NCBI GenBank assembly: GCA_964035545.1
Contig: OZ037766.1
Coordinates: 2,232,001 to 2,296,000, forward strand
DNA: 64,000 bases
Origin: Bugula neritina
Lineage: Eukaryota > Animalia > Bryozoa
Direction: 5' to 3'
This document shows, in pieces, positions 51,645 to 64,000 of this stretch. A model generated the notes under the pieces. It saw only the letters and a list, made by a program, of their open reading frames with translations. It was not told where the DNA came from and made no database searches. The translations under genes and the position numbers were made by a program. Each line of letters begins with the position of its first letter. Position 1 is the first letter of the stretch.

Positions 51645-53192
51645 ATGGAATACAAAATATTGGCACTAGTGTTGGTGCTTTTTGTTGCTCAGTCTTCAGG
51701 ATGTGACTGCAAGAATTCTCATCACCACCACCACCCTCATCACCGTCGCCACTCTCACCACTCCTGTCACACTCATCAACTTCACCGATCTCATCGTTCT
51801 CACACAGAACAAGCTAGGAGACACTATGCCCCACAACCATGGAATGCACCAACAACCACTACAACTAGAAGACCACCACCTACACCACCAAGAACTTGGA
51901 ATCAACCAACTACCACCACCTATCGACCACCAACCACAACCCCTCCTCGCAGATGGAGCTCTACCACCACCACTAGGAGACCAACCACAACACCTCCTCA
52001 GAGATGGAGCTCTACCACCAGAAGACCACCAACTACCAGACCTCCACAAACATGGCGAGTGCAGACAACAACCCACAGACCACAAGTTCACCACAGACGC
52101 CCAGTAACTAATCCCCCAGTAACTACCAGACAAGTTCCAATAACACCAATTCCTCAGCCAGTTCCTAGGTAATAAATGCAAAATAATACACAACAAACTA
52201 GAAATTATGTTTGCAAATATGTATATGGTACTCAAGAGTTATTTATATTGCAGCTTGATGTATTATAACTTAGTGTAACTTTGTTGAACAGCTGGGTTGG
52301 AAGAACAAGTAGAGGACGCCCCGTGATTGGTGTGACCAACCAAGGTCGTCCAATCATAACTGGCTCAGTACCAGCTCCACTTCCTGTCCAGCCGAGACCA
52401 ATTCACCTGCCGAGAATCCCTCAATCAAGTGAGTCTCTGGAAGGCAGCTTTTCTTCTGAGTTCCAAGGAATTGGAGACAGCAGCTCCTTCGACTCTTCTG
52501 CTAACAGCCACTCTTTTGAAGGCAGCGACAGCAGTGGCTCATTTGGCAGCAATTCTGAAGACAGCCATTCCTTTGAAGACAGCCATTCCTTTGAAGACAG
52601 CCATTCCTTTGAAGATAGTCATTCTAGTGAAGCCATCCACTCAAATCCTCACCAGAGGTTTACTGCTAGTAGCGGATCATTTGGAAGTAGTGGTTCCTCT
52701 GAGAACACGTTCCAGCGGCCCATCCAAAGAACTCCACCAGTTAGAATAATCCCAGCAGTAGGACAAAGACCACCACAGATATTCCGAACAAACCAAAGAC
52801 CTCAAATAATACTTCCACGGCAATCAAGTGAAAGCAGCTCAGAAGAAGGGCAGGCTCAAAGAGTTCGGGTGATCCATCCAACCCCGGTCGCACCTCGGCC
52901 GCTTTCTCCACAACCAAACATTCCCAGAGTACAACTCAGCAGACCAAACCTGCAACCACCACGTCAACAGCAACAATTGCCACGTCAACAGCTACCAGGG
53001 CAGCAGCAACAACTACCACGGCAACCTCAGAGAGTGGCTACACTACAAGTTGTTCCCCGGAGACCACAACTTCCTGTGACACCTCAACAGTTCCCGTCAT
53101 TAAGGTTGATTCAACGACCAACCGAATTGATTACCAGAGGCAACAGGGGAGGCTCGTCAGAGGGCAGTGATAGTTCAGGCGGTGATGATTAA
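51645..53192 (+). CDS. Secreted low-complexity modular protein (474 aa): His-rich, W/PT/R repeats, S-x-E acidic and R/P/Q-rich blocks; candidate matrix/adhesive/biomineralisation protein
   Basis: Exons 51645-52168 and 52292-53192 join in phase 2 (AG|C). Signal MEYKILALVLVLFVAQSSG. TATAAAAG 51367, UTR exon donor 51434, 3'-UTR intron 53199-53410, AATAAA 53708 and 53742. Confidence 0.88.
52557..52628 (+). repeat. Coding 18-bp repeat (EDSHSF x3 + EDSHSS)
   Basis: gaagacagccattccttt x3 exact plus one variant. Confidence 0.95.
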
Positions 53193-53826
53193 GAAATGGT
53201 AAGTCAAGCAACACATTCTTAAAAATCAAAAACTCAGATATTGAAAAATTGTAAAAATCAAAACTTGATTCATTTTGCTTTTGATACATGAATATAATGT
53301 TTTATCCATTATATTAACATGTAAATTGATGTATTAGAAAATTATTTTAGCTGAGGAAAGTGAGTGGCTAATTGAAACCAATAAGTATTTTTATTCTCTT
53401 TTATTTGCAGAAAATGATGACAGCAGAGCCTACAAGGATGAGTCAGATAAAAACTTTTGCAACATATGCATGTTTTTTTTCACAATTGTAAGGTGCTGTA
53501 AACAATTGCTAATCTTTTGAGTGGAAATTCGTTTTCAAACTTGAAATTTTAGATTTTTCATTTGTTATAAACACGTTTTCAGGTTTATATTATGTATAAT
53601 TTCATGTTATTCAAAAATTATTAGCTTTGTTAAAACTTTATTTTTTCGTTTACCAAATATATTATAGGTGCTTCAAGTTGTATTTTATTGCTATATGGGT
53701 TGTAACAAATAAAAATATGCTGCGGTTCTAAGCTACAACAGAATAAAAAAATATGTTATTTGCTGTTAATCAGCACAAATGTTATAATGTGTTTTATAAA
53801 CAAAATCAAATGTAATAGCTGTTGAA

Positions 53827-54047
53827 GGGAGCAGCCGTGGTCTAGGGGTTAGAGCGCTTGCCTAGTATTAAACACAAAGGTCATGGGTACGAGCCCGGAC
53901 AAAGGCCATTGGTGATGTTAGGAAGAGCATCCAGTCATAATTGCTCCTGTGCCTCATTTAAATAAGTTCTTAGCCCGCTTTAACAAAAACCCTTTCTATC
54001 AGGGGTTTCTCACAGGGATAGGGACTATAAACTTGAGTGAGTTTGTG
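53827..54047 (+). mobile_element. tRNA-Thr(AGT)-derived SINE, copy 4 (sense orientation)
   Basis: A box TGGTCTAGGGG, anticodon-like gcgcttgcctAGT, B box GGTACGAGCCC (GGTTCGAGCCC in copies 2 and 3), tgag-rich tail; 10-bp TSD agctgttgaa at 53817-53826 and 54048-54057. Confidence 0.93.
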
Positions 54048-55567
54048 AGCTGTTGAATATATTTGTTTTTTCAAGTTATATGTAAAACACTTTGCAGCTG
54101 AAATAGCTAAAACATAAAATACACCTTTGCAATAGTTGATGCAAAAAAGTGAATAAACCCACAAAAAAACTCAAGCTGATTGAACTGGTGCTTATACTGC
54201 TTTCATATTAAAAACAAAATTAGCATAAAATAATTATGTTATGGGATAAAATGCAAAAATAAGCAAATTAGTGAAACTGCCTTAAAATATTGCAATCTTG
54301 AAGTTTTAGTGCAAGTTAATTAATTTGAGCTTTTAATTTTGTTACTATGCTTCCTTGAACATATCCGAGAAGATTTTGCTATAAACAAAAAATACTAAGC
54401 ATTTTAAGAAATGAAAATAATTAGGTTTTACTAAAGCAAGATATTAAAAAATGCGGGACTAGACTTTATTATCTTTTGGACTAAGCAGTTTTCCTTCTGA
54501 TAAAATGTATTTTCTTAAAATACAATAAAAAATAAAAAAAATGTGAAAAAATAATTATGAGGGAATAAAATAGATAAATGTTAATAACTGCTAGATGTCA
54601 ATTGAAAGGGTAGGAACACATTTTAATTATAATAAAACTTATAAATGGTTTTAGGCCTATAATATGCAAAGGATGTTAGTTGCTTGCTTACAACTATAGC
54701 TGCAAAAAACCCAGCAGCCGCAGCAGTAGTAACATAAAAATAAAACTATATTGTTTCGAAACCGGTGACACAAATATTTAAATTTGACAAATGATATGAT
54801 GTGCTAATTAATCATTATTACTAAATTACATAATAACATACCATATAAAATTTAGGCCAAATAAAAACTCAAGAATTTTTAATTTAAATAGTTGCTATAA
54901 ATCAAGACAAATGTTAGGATGCAGGTTCGAATTATATTGTTAAAGTTTTGCTAATAAAAATACATCTTTTTACTTATTCTATTCTATATCTACACATTAA
55001 CCTTCAATAAGCAATAATATCATGAGTATTCATTAAAATATTTATGTTAGCAAGAAATAATTTTGGTTAGGCACAGACATATGGCACAAGGGTAGAAGTG
55101 AACATGCGTGGTATATGCAGTAGCATTGCTTTTAATTTTGAGCTTTCCTTAAAGTGGTCATATAGCAGCCCAAACTCTGTATATATGCATGTGTGCGTGT
55201 TCGTCTGTGAATAATGATTGTAATTTCTAAAATTTCTTTTCTAGTTTGAGGCTATGTTATAACAAATAATATAAAGTTAAATTATTTATTTTAAACAAAT
55301 GCGTTAAATTTTGAAATAAAATTTGGTTAAAAAGTATTAAAAATGTATAACACATTATATTGTTTTTTAAATGCATTTAGAGCCATCAAAATTTTAAAAA
55401 TTAAAGTCAATTAGCAAAAATTAGTAATTATTTTAGCCAACAGTAGTTTTGAAATTTTGTTATTGCAAAAAAAGTACTAAAGTGAATTCCTCAGTGTAGC
55501 TGTCTGCTATTTTATACAATCACATAATAATATACTATATGTTGTAAAATAATTAAAATAAGTTGAG

Positions 55568-57345
55568 TCATGATAAAAGTTTCTCAAGATCTTCCATAGA
55601 AGGAGCAGTAGTGCCATCTGGATCATCACCTTCAATATTGCTGACTCCGGGAGGTCCAACTGTGGGTCCACTAAACCGTCCTGCTGGTCCAGACTGCTTC
55701 ACTGATGCTGACAGAGCAGGGAAAGGGGCAAACGTAAAGCGGCAGTACGCTCTGCATAGCCCGCTGCCGTATCTCTCCTGAGAGTGATGCCGATTAAGAC
55801 CAATCTTCGTGTTGCTGTTGGTTGGAGTGAGAAAATTGGAATGTCCCAGATTGTTGTAGTTGGCGTTAGAAGCAGACATTGTGGCCTTGTAATCTGATAA
55901 AGTCCACCGAATCCAACTACAACCATATATTAGGATAGTAAAGGCTCTTGAAATATAAAGTGAATACAGAGGCAGCTCATATATATAAGTTATTTAAATT
56001 TGAAAAAATAATTTAAGAAAATATTATTGCAGTCTTTTGTTTTAAAATTTTTCTATGATTTTATAAAGCAATAAATAAAATACATCAAAGCTTTGAAAAA
56101 TTGGTCAGCTGAATAGAGAATTATCGCTAGAAATATACAGAGTTGTGTCCCCAAATGATAGAGATTGAAAGATGAGACAACTCCAGCACCAACCTGTATC
56201 CATCAAAAGAATGGATGTGTGCTTGCTTCCAGCTCAATTTGTTTGCAAAGTATTGTGATTCACCATAATTTTTAATTTTTATATTAGCATCTTTTCCGTA
56301 TCCATAAATTGTGGTTTTATCAAAACCTGCAATGAATATAATTTATTTGACCAGTTAATAAAGTTTTCCTTAGCAGTAAACAGCTACAATACAAGTTTCA
56401 TGATCATATAATTTGTTATAAATGCATAAACCTGTATTAAACTAAAGTATAAACAATTAGATTATAGACAACTTGTGTTCTATTACAATCGTAATTGCTA
56501 TATACACACTAGATAGAGACTATAACATATAATAATGCAAAATATTAGGCTACAAATATTTTATATAATTCTCATGACAACACCATATCAATCATTGAAA
56601 ATTTAGGCAGCCACCTACATGTATACATGTTTAATTCAATTTTGTCACAAAAAACGATGCACAAAAATAGATACTGGTTTGCAAACTAAACTAAAATGTT
56701 CACAAATTTAAAGGCTGACTGGGTTATACTGTATTGCTGACTGTTTACTGAGTGAACATGAAGTTGCATATAATTCACTCTAAGCGAGTACTAAATTAGG
56801 AGGTTAAATACTCACTACGACTTGCGTCTGATATACTATAAATTATCCTCTCATGCTCAGGGGCATCCATGTAAAAGTAACAGTAAAATCCTGAAGCATT
56901 GTTTGGTACTGATACAGAAACTCTGTAAAAAGTGTGTGTTGCAGTTTCACGAAAGTACATATTAGGTATTGACTATTTATTAAAAATAAGAAATCTAATG
57001 GTGTGGGAATTTTAAATGTAAAATACATATAACAAATGTGAGAAATATTTAATTTTTGTTATATGTACTATATGTAATGACTTAACTGTATTCTGCTATA
57101 GGGAGACAACTTCTATTGTATATGTATATGTTACGGCGAAATGGAATGTTTTGTAAATAAACCTTACCTCAGAACAAATACAGTTATACCTACAAGTAGT
57201 TCTTATTGCACAGTGAGTTTGGAGTGTTCCTGGCTGATTGCTTTACAAAGGTGAAACCTGGAGAGCTGCGACATCCTGCTCCAGTATGCAGATTACAGTT
57301 GATGTAGTGACAGTGGATATACCCTATTAAAATTATATTAAACAC

Positions 57346-57417
<72 letters not shown>

Positions 57418-57661
57418 AAAATATTTCAGCTGATATATGTTGGTGGTTGTAAGCTTTAAACACACAAATAATTAGCATTCACATAATATAATTATGTGAC
57501 TATTTCTAAAATAAGCAAATAATGTATTGAAAATAAAAATTTAAAAATCAAAAGCAGAAAAAATATAAGACAGAATTAATATGTTTTAATGCAAAGTGAC
57601 AAAGTTTTATCTTACCAGTGGTTGTTAGGACTGCAAGTAGCAACTTAATAGACAAATTCAT
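55568..57661 (-). CDS. Uncharacterised secreted protein A (254 aa, Cys/His-containing)
   Basis: Exons 57661-57616, 57323-57194, 56922-56816, 56326-56194, 55916-55568 join in frame: MNLSIKLLLAVLTTTGYIHC|HYINCNLHTGAGC...YCYFYMDAPE...DKTTIYGYGKDA...AHIH...WIRWT...IGLNRHHSQERYGSGLCRAYCR...; TATA ~57730; exon structure mirrored in paralogue B. Confidence 0.87.
57349..57410. repeat. (TA)n microsatellite
   Basis: Direct reading; inside intron 1 of gene A. Confidence 0.97.
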
Positions 57662-60600
57662 TTTGAGAGCGACTTATAGCTGTGAAAGTCAAAAAGAAGT
57701 TTTGATGTGATGTGCGATTCAGCAGCTTATATATATACTCTCAACAAATGAATTATGTAATTGGTTCCTTAGACACTTCAAGTATATGCAGATAGAGATA
57801 TCAGCAGGGGGTGAGAATACCAAAAATTTGAAGCAGACGTAATTGATTACTTTAGATGTAGTCTCAAACGTGCAATAATTTAATCATCAGCTTTATGTAG
57901 AACTAAAAGTAATAATTTACTTACAAGGTTATTTATACTTATGTATATGGTGGGGGGAGGGAGAACAGTTATATTTCTTGAAATAAAATAATTTTGGTGC
58001 AACTTGATAAATATACAAACAAAAGTTATTCTCACAAGTTGATAGAAATAACTATCTGAAACTGCTTTATTAAGACTCTCTGCCTTGCTAGACAGCAGAA
58101 AACTTATATAATGTGATAAGAATGTACACAAAGTGAATTTAAGCGCTAACAGCTAAAGATATTATAATAAAATAAACTCACATTAATTTGAGATCTATAC
58201 CTTTTTATGAGAAAATTTGAGAGCGAATGGTTGAAGTACACTGTATATGTTGTGGTGCAAGAGTATATCATCAGGTGCTCTCTTGACAAACTGTTACTAA
58301 TTGCTCTACCAGGATTTAAACCTAAGACCTGGTGCACACGAAGCCAGTTCCTAAATAATTAAACTACTAAAATAGCAAAACCATGGTAACATATTATACT
58401 GTAGCTCTGCACACATTTCAATTTACACTTATTCAGATTTAAATAATTTTTTTTATGTAATAATTTAGGTTTTATTATTATTGCAATTATAATTAATCAT
58501 GAATTTTAGAAGGAAAGTTGTTTTTAGCCTTTTTTTTATTTTTTTTGCTAATATATAAATTCTTTACAGCATGCAGTTGGTTATTTCCATCATTAAATTT
58601 ATAACACATTATATTATTGCTGTCTCTATAATTTAAGTTGATGCTAATCCGAAAAACACAATAATAATTCACTTCACCTATATGCAAACTTTCTTTACAC
58701 CAGAGCTGATTGGCTCTTTGATATCCAATAGAATTCTATCGAACTTCCTTATAAAATACAAACACCTATAATTATTAGTACAGTAGCATGAACATAGACA
58801 GTAAAGCTGTAATTTAGACACCATGAGCCAGGAAATAAGAGCAACAACTTTGTAGATATTAAGAAAACAAGTTAAGCTTACATAATCACAGTAATGTTAT
58901 AGTTGCACAATATGGCGACACCCAGAGTGATTCGAGGTTAAAATTAGCAAAATTTTGCTTAGGTTTTGATAAAATAAAAATTGCTGATTCTAAAATAGAT
59001 AAAATCTCTTTTATGATATACATGCCTGCAGTGACTTTGGTGAAATGAGTGCTCCAATGATAGACTTATCTATTCTACAGCAATTAACCTATTTTTCACT
59101 TATAATTAATGCAACAGGTTTGTTCCACATATATGCATGTGACGCAACTATTATCGCATATTCAGTATTCAATAGTATATGTCTCATTTCTCACAGAAAG
59201 TGTTGCATCTAAACAATATACAAGCATTTCCATTGTGAAAATTAATTAATTCAATTCGTTTTTAAAATTTTCTCTGAGCAGATTTATGTATTGAAAAATA
59301 TCGTTGAAGACCACTTATAATGCTTAACATTTCTTCCTCAGACGTTATTATAACTGAGGTCGCACGAGTTACTACTATGTAGAGTTGTCTTCCTTTTTAA
59401 TATACTTTACTCTATGCAGCTATTTTTAAATGCTTGGCGTTTACTATATGTAGCTACAGGACTGCATTTGAAATAAACTCCAAAGAAAATTAACCAAACT
59501 TAATTGTTTAAAACTCAACTGTTGAATGCTATAATCCTATATAATTACTATATTTACCTGAGTAGAGTAGGTATAGCCATGTGTAAAGCAAAATACAGTA
59601 TTGCCAATTATACCTGAACAAGAAAGTGTTTTAGTTATATTCACAAAGAAGTTTTCTCCCCTGTATAACTGTATACAAATTAATGTTCATGATTCTATGA
59701 GTTATTTATATCGGTCTTTCATAGCTTACAGCTGCAAAGGTTGTTAGACTTTTACTATAAAGATCTTTGTGCTAAAAATTAAGATTTAGTTACAGCTATA
59801 GTGGCTGCATTTCTAATTACTTGTAGTAGGGGTGTGTTAGGTATATTATTTATATACTACATCAATTTGTTATGGCACCAGCTATATTATTAATTCAACT
59901 TGCTATTATCATATGGTGTGAGAAGCTTTATATGATGTTTGGTAAAAATTGACACAAGTAAAATTGCAGCTGCAAGCTGGTTATAATGACACAATACAAA
60001 TAGTAAGGGTAAATTTGCACAGGTAATTATTAATTGCATAACTGGAAAATTTTTAATAGTGTGATTTTGGGTTGGAGTTGGAATTATTATAGGGAGGGGT
60101 TTGAGGATTTGGGGTTTGGAGGTTTACGGGTTTGGGGTTTGGGCTCTCGTTTGGAGTTTGGTAAACTGGTGGGCTAGGAGTGAGGGGTTTGGATACATGG
60201 GAATATTGGAGGCTGAAGATTTGGATCTGGGCAAGACGTAAGTGTTCCATTTTGCTTACTTTTTCATTTGTGCTATTAATTTATTACTTGTGCCCCTTGT
60301 ACCTAAATAAACTGTCCTATATGTATTATAATTAAAGGCACCTTAATATTATATTTACAATTTAATTAAATGGATGGTGAAGTAAAGAAGATAACATTTT
60401 AAACAATCAGCTGTGAAATTCCAGGCGTCTATCTTGTATGTCAGCAGTATATTATTATGACAGCTATAATGATACTCCTTGGAATGTTACTATATATAGT
60501 TATACAACTAGTTTAGATAAAACTTACTGACATAGTCTCTGCATATATGATACACATCTGTTTATTCTCTCAACACTATATCACGCCTATCAGACCTTCA

Positions 60601-60738
60601 TTTGTTTATAGCCAAGTTCCATGTTGTTGCCCGTGTGCACAATGAAAACTGTTTATATGGCAACATAAATGCTTATAGTTAGCAACTCTATATAAGTAAG
60701 TTCTACTTTGTTTGAGTTTATTTGTGTTGTATCATATA

Positions 60739-62094
60739 TAGGGATAAGGGGGGAGGGGGGGGGGTACAACGGTCATAGGGGTATAGAAAGCTGGTCAAAT
60801 TGTGAGAGAACTTATTGACTTGGAATTTTTTTAATAAAAAGGTATAAATAACATTATAATTATTCAGCCATTGTAGTTTCAACACTTGCTGAGCATACAT
60901 GTTATAGAGCTAGGCGAGTCAAAAACTGTTTTTACTCATTCTTTGTAATTTTTTTAAAATGTCTTTACAGCTTTATAACTTTTTACACTCAAAAGTAACA
61001 AACCTAGTTTTTACTGATATTGTTGTCATTGCTTGTCTCGATATCTACATTGCCTAACTATATATAGTATAAATTATCCTTGAGCCACATTTATTTTCAA
61101 CAATTAGCCACACAGGGCACAATGGGCCACGCTGATCGGGGCACAATGGGCCACTTGATTATTGCACGCCGATCACTGTTTTTAGTTTGTTTTCTTGAAA
61201 AATAGTTGAAATGGTTATAAAATCTACAGATAGAGCCATTTCTGACCTTTTTGTAAAATATCCAAGACATCATGGTCAGACTATAAAAATAAAAAGTTAA
61301 GCTGCCCTCATATATATACTGATATATATATATACCTCTGGTGAGATTAAAGCTTTGCCATTTTATACATCTTACAAAACACTCTGCTGTTGCTACTAAT
61401 GGATAGTCATGATGTTCATTATACGTTATATTAATGAGGGAATATATGTGTATTTGCTTGACTAAAATAAATTTTGATTTGCTCATTCCCCTCCCCCTTC
61501 CGCACCCAGCCACAAACTTCAACCATGCACCTTAGCTACAGTTCATATATAAGAAAAAAGTTCACCCGGAGTTTTGTAGCGTATGCTATAACTTAAGTTT
61601 TTTCCGATGAAAGTTCCTGTGAAGTAGAAATAGAAAAAACATTTTTAGTTCTTAACAGTAGAAATGAGTGATGTGCGTTTGATTTTGCCTCCCCCTGCTG
61701 TCTGTTCTGGCACAAACTGTACAGCTAAAACATTATTTTTGCCGTAGATCTAAAATAATATATATGTTCATTTATTTGTAGTATCAAATAAATAAAGATC
61801 AGATGCAAGCAAATCAGCAATGTTTCAATTTATTTGTTGTATCCCCCCATGCAGTGACCCATTGTACCCTAGCTAGTACTGGGGCACAATGGCCCAGTTT
61901 TTTGTCATGAACATTTTGCTATTCTGAAAGTTGCAAAAGAGATAGAAACAACAAACTGATACCTATAATAGACAACTGGTGTAGCATTTAGACTAGAAGT
62001 TTTTAAATTATAGTAACTTGAAAAACGGACGAATATATGAGAGTTAAATTTCAAAATTCGGCCCATTGTGCCCCCCCCCCCCCTGTTACCCCTA
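60739..62094. mobile_element. Non-autonomous DNA transposon (TIR element, possibly pogo/Tc1-like)
   Basis: Ends tagggataa-G-run-tacaacgg and ggcccattgtg-C-run-tgttaccccta are imperfect inverted repeats; internal gggcacaatgg(g/c)cc copies at ~61115, 61139 and 61882; no transposase ORF. Confidence 0.65.
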
Positions 62095-62534
62095 CTACTT
62101 TTTCTATAGAGCTTTGTCATAGAATTCCTATAGATATATAAATGTTGAGATATAAAGAGTAGAAGTAAATAGAGTTTCATGCATGCTTGTTATTGAAATT
62201 TATAAGAAACATACTTTATTTGATGCGGGTTGAAAGCTTTTTATTCAAACATAGACTTTACTTTATATGTATGCATGTATTGAAAAATTGTACAACTAGT
62301 GGTAAAAACTGATATTAGAATCCATTTCAAAATTTAATTTTACAAACTTATTTAATTTCAAAACAACAGGAAGCATAAACATTAGCTAAATAATTATTGG
62401 TAAAATGAGTATAATTTTTTTTGTTTTTTTTTAGTTATAATATATGTATTAAGACAAAAGAGGTGCTGTGTAATCAGTGTTGTATTTAATATACAATCAA
62501 GCCAGTTGCGAGGTTAGTCAAGGGTGCGAGTCAC

Positions 62535-64000
62535 TTATGGACTATTCTGCATTTTATCTAGGTCTTCTAGTGATGGTGCAGCCGTTCCTTCGGGATCATC
62601 ATTTTCAATATCACTACCTCCACTACCTCCAGTATTTCCTCCTGTCCCTACACCATCTGATTGAGCCTGTGATGAAGATGGTCCTAGAATCACTCGACAG
62701 TAAGCTCTGCACAGTCCACTTCCATAGGAGTTGTACATGTGATGCCTGTTGAGACCGATACTCATTTCGCTGCTGGTAGGAGTAAGAAGGTTGGGGTGTC
62801 CCACCCGGTTGTATAGTGAATAGGAGCTAGACATGGAAAATCTGTGGTCCTGGACAGTCCAACGAATATAACTAAAACATAATATTGTAAATTAGGTGTA
62901 ATTTCAAAATGTTGCAGCTGATTGACAACTAAAAGCACTAATTACCAATATTACCAATACTAATTACTCAATATAATAATTTTATTATTTATTACCAATT
63001 TTCAATTGTTATGTATTACAATTTGTCAATATCTACAACTAATATTATATAAGATCAAATTTTTTTGCCTGAAACTATTCACATTTTTGTTACTGAATTT
63101 TACCATGTGCAGTAATTTTATGCCATTACCAATATTTTCAGAAAGTTTTTGCTAAAAGGTTAATACTCTCACCTGTAGCTGTTGTCATCAGGATGAGAAT
63201 GGGCGTGTTTATAGCCTAGATAGTTGTAGGAATATTGAGAGGCACCATTATTTCTCAGTCTGACAGTAGCATCTTTCCCTCTTCCGTAGATGTGTGTCTT
63301 ATCAGAGGCTATGCAGAAAAATAATAAACTGTAAAAATCAGTATAGTTTAAATGAATCTGCTGATAAGTTTTACTTAATCTTTGAGTCAAATATCTATTT
63401 TGCTTGATAGAAATTTAATTATGTATGTCAAAAATATATACTATAAATAGCATAATATAACATTTCAAATAGTGTTTATACACATATGTTTGTGTCTGTT
63501 GATTTGAATATTTTTATCATTTATAATGCAAACTTTTAAACATGAAGCTGAAATATATAAACTGTGAACTAGAATAAATATTATGCTCATATAATTAATG
63601 AATGCAGTAAGTATTAAAATAAAATATTATTTTCAAACTTACAGTAGTTGCTATTTGATATGCTATAAACATATCTGTATTGTTCAGGGACATCCATGTA
63701 GAAGTAACAATATATGCCAGACGCTGTGTTAGGAAGAGAAGCAGTAACCCTGAAAATAAACACCAGTTATTGTTTAATTGCATGAGCACTGTACTCATTA
63801 ATTGCTGTATTTTATATGTCTTGGATATATATAGCAGTAATATTTAAAGTGTAAAAAAGTTGGTTCACATAAAATGGAAAATTTTGTATATATAATATAG
63901 TCCTTCAAAATATTGACTAGGAAAATGACAACAACTTTAGGATACTATTGTATTAAATATCTTACACGTAGTTCATGTTGCACAAGGAATTTGGAGTCGT
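62535..64000 (-). CDS. Uncharacterised secreted protein B, paralogue of A (5' part outside window)
   Basis: Exons >64000-63966 (TTPNSLCNMNY), 63749-63643, 63308-63173 and 62871-62535 have the same phases and near-identical sizes as gene A; YCYFYMD, IYGxGKDA, IRWT and IGLNRHH...YGSGLCRAYCR are conserved. Confidence 0.87.

Noticed and set aside
51682-52749. Overlapping ORFs 51682+, 51696- and 52429+
   Set aside because: Shadow frames of the low-complexity 51645 gene.
56260-56290. Suspected frameshift/pseudogenisation of gene A
   Set aside because: Recounting the A/T runs gives an intact frame (ANIKIKNYGESQY), and the 107-nt exon 56922-56816 resolves the phase.
61097-62180. ORFs inside the TIR element as a transposase
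   Set aside because: No DDE or HTH motifs recognisable.

Overview
AT-rich, intron-rich animal (invertebrate) genomic DNA; no prokaryotic features. All gene models were spliced by hand from GT-AG sites with phase checks. (1) A tau/MAP2/MAP4-family gene (+, ~3.2-16.7 kb) with 13 microtubule-binding repeats, eight on separate 90-nt phase-0 exons. (2) A 6-exon, 269-aa uncharacterised gene (+, 18.8-22.4 kb) with Mn-like motifs and an internal repeat, possibly ciliary. (3) A ~15-kb cluster (24.8-39.9 kb) of six small secreted Cys peptides (P1-P6) on both strands. Five share C-x2-D-x-D-C-x5/6-C-x12-15-C; P1 keeps only the last two Cys. A 1.9-kb tandem duplicate pair shows almost purely non-synonymous, loop-focused divergence, so this is a candidate new toxin/antimicrobial/symbiosis peptide family with a possible disulfide-directed beta-hairpin fold. 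(4) A 474-aa secreted block-copolymer protein (His-rich, W/PT repeats, S-x-E acidic, RPQ-rich) at 51.6-53.2 kb. (5) Two tandem paralogues of an unknown secreted Cys/His protein on the minus strand, the second truncated by the window end. Also four copies of a tRNA-Thr-derived SINE, a non-autonomous TIR element and several micro/minisatellites. The species cannot be determined from the sequence.
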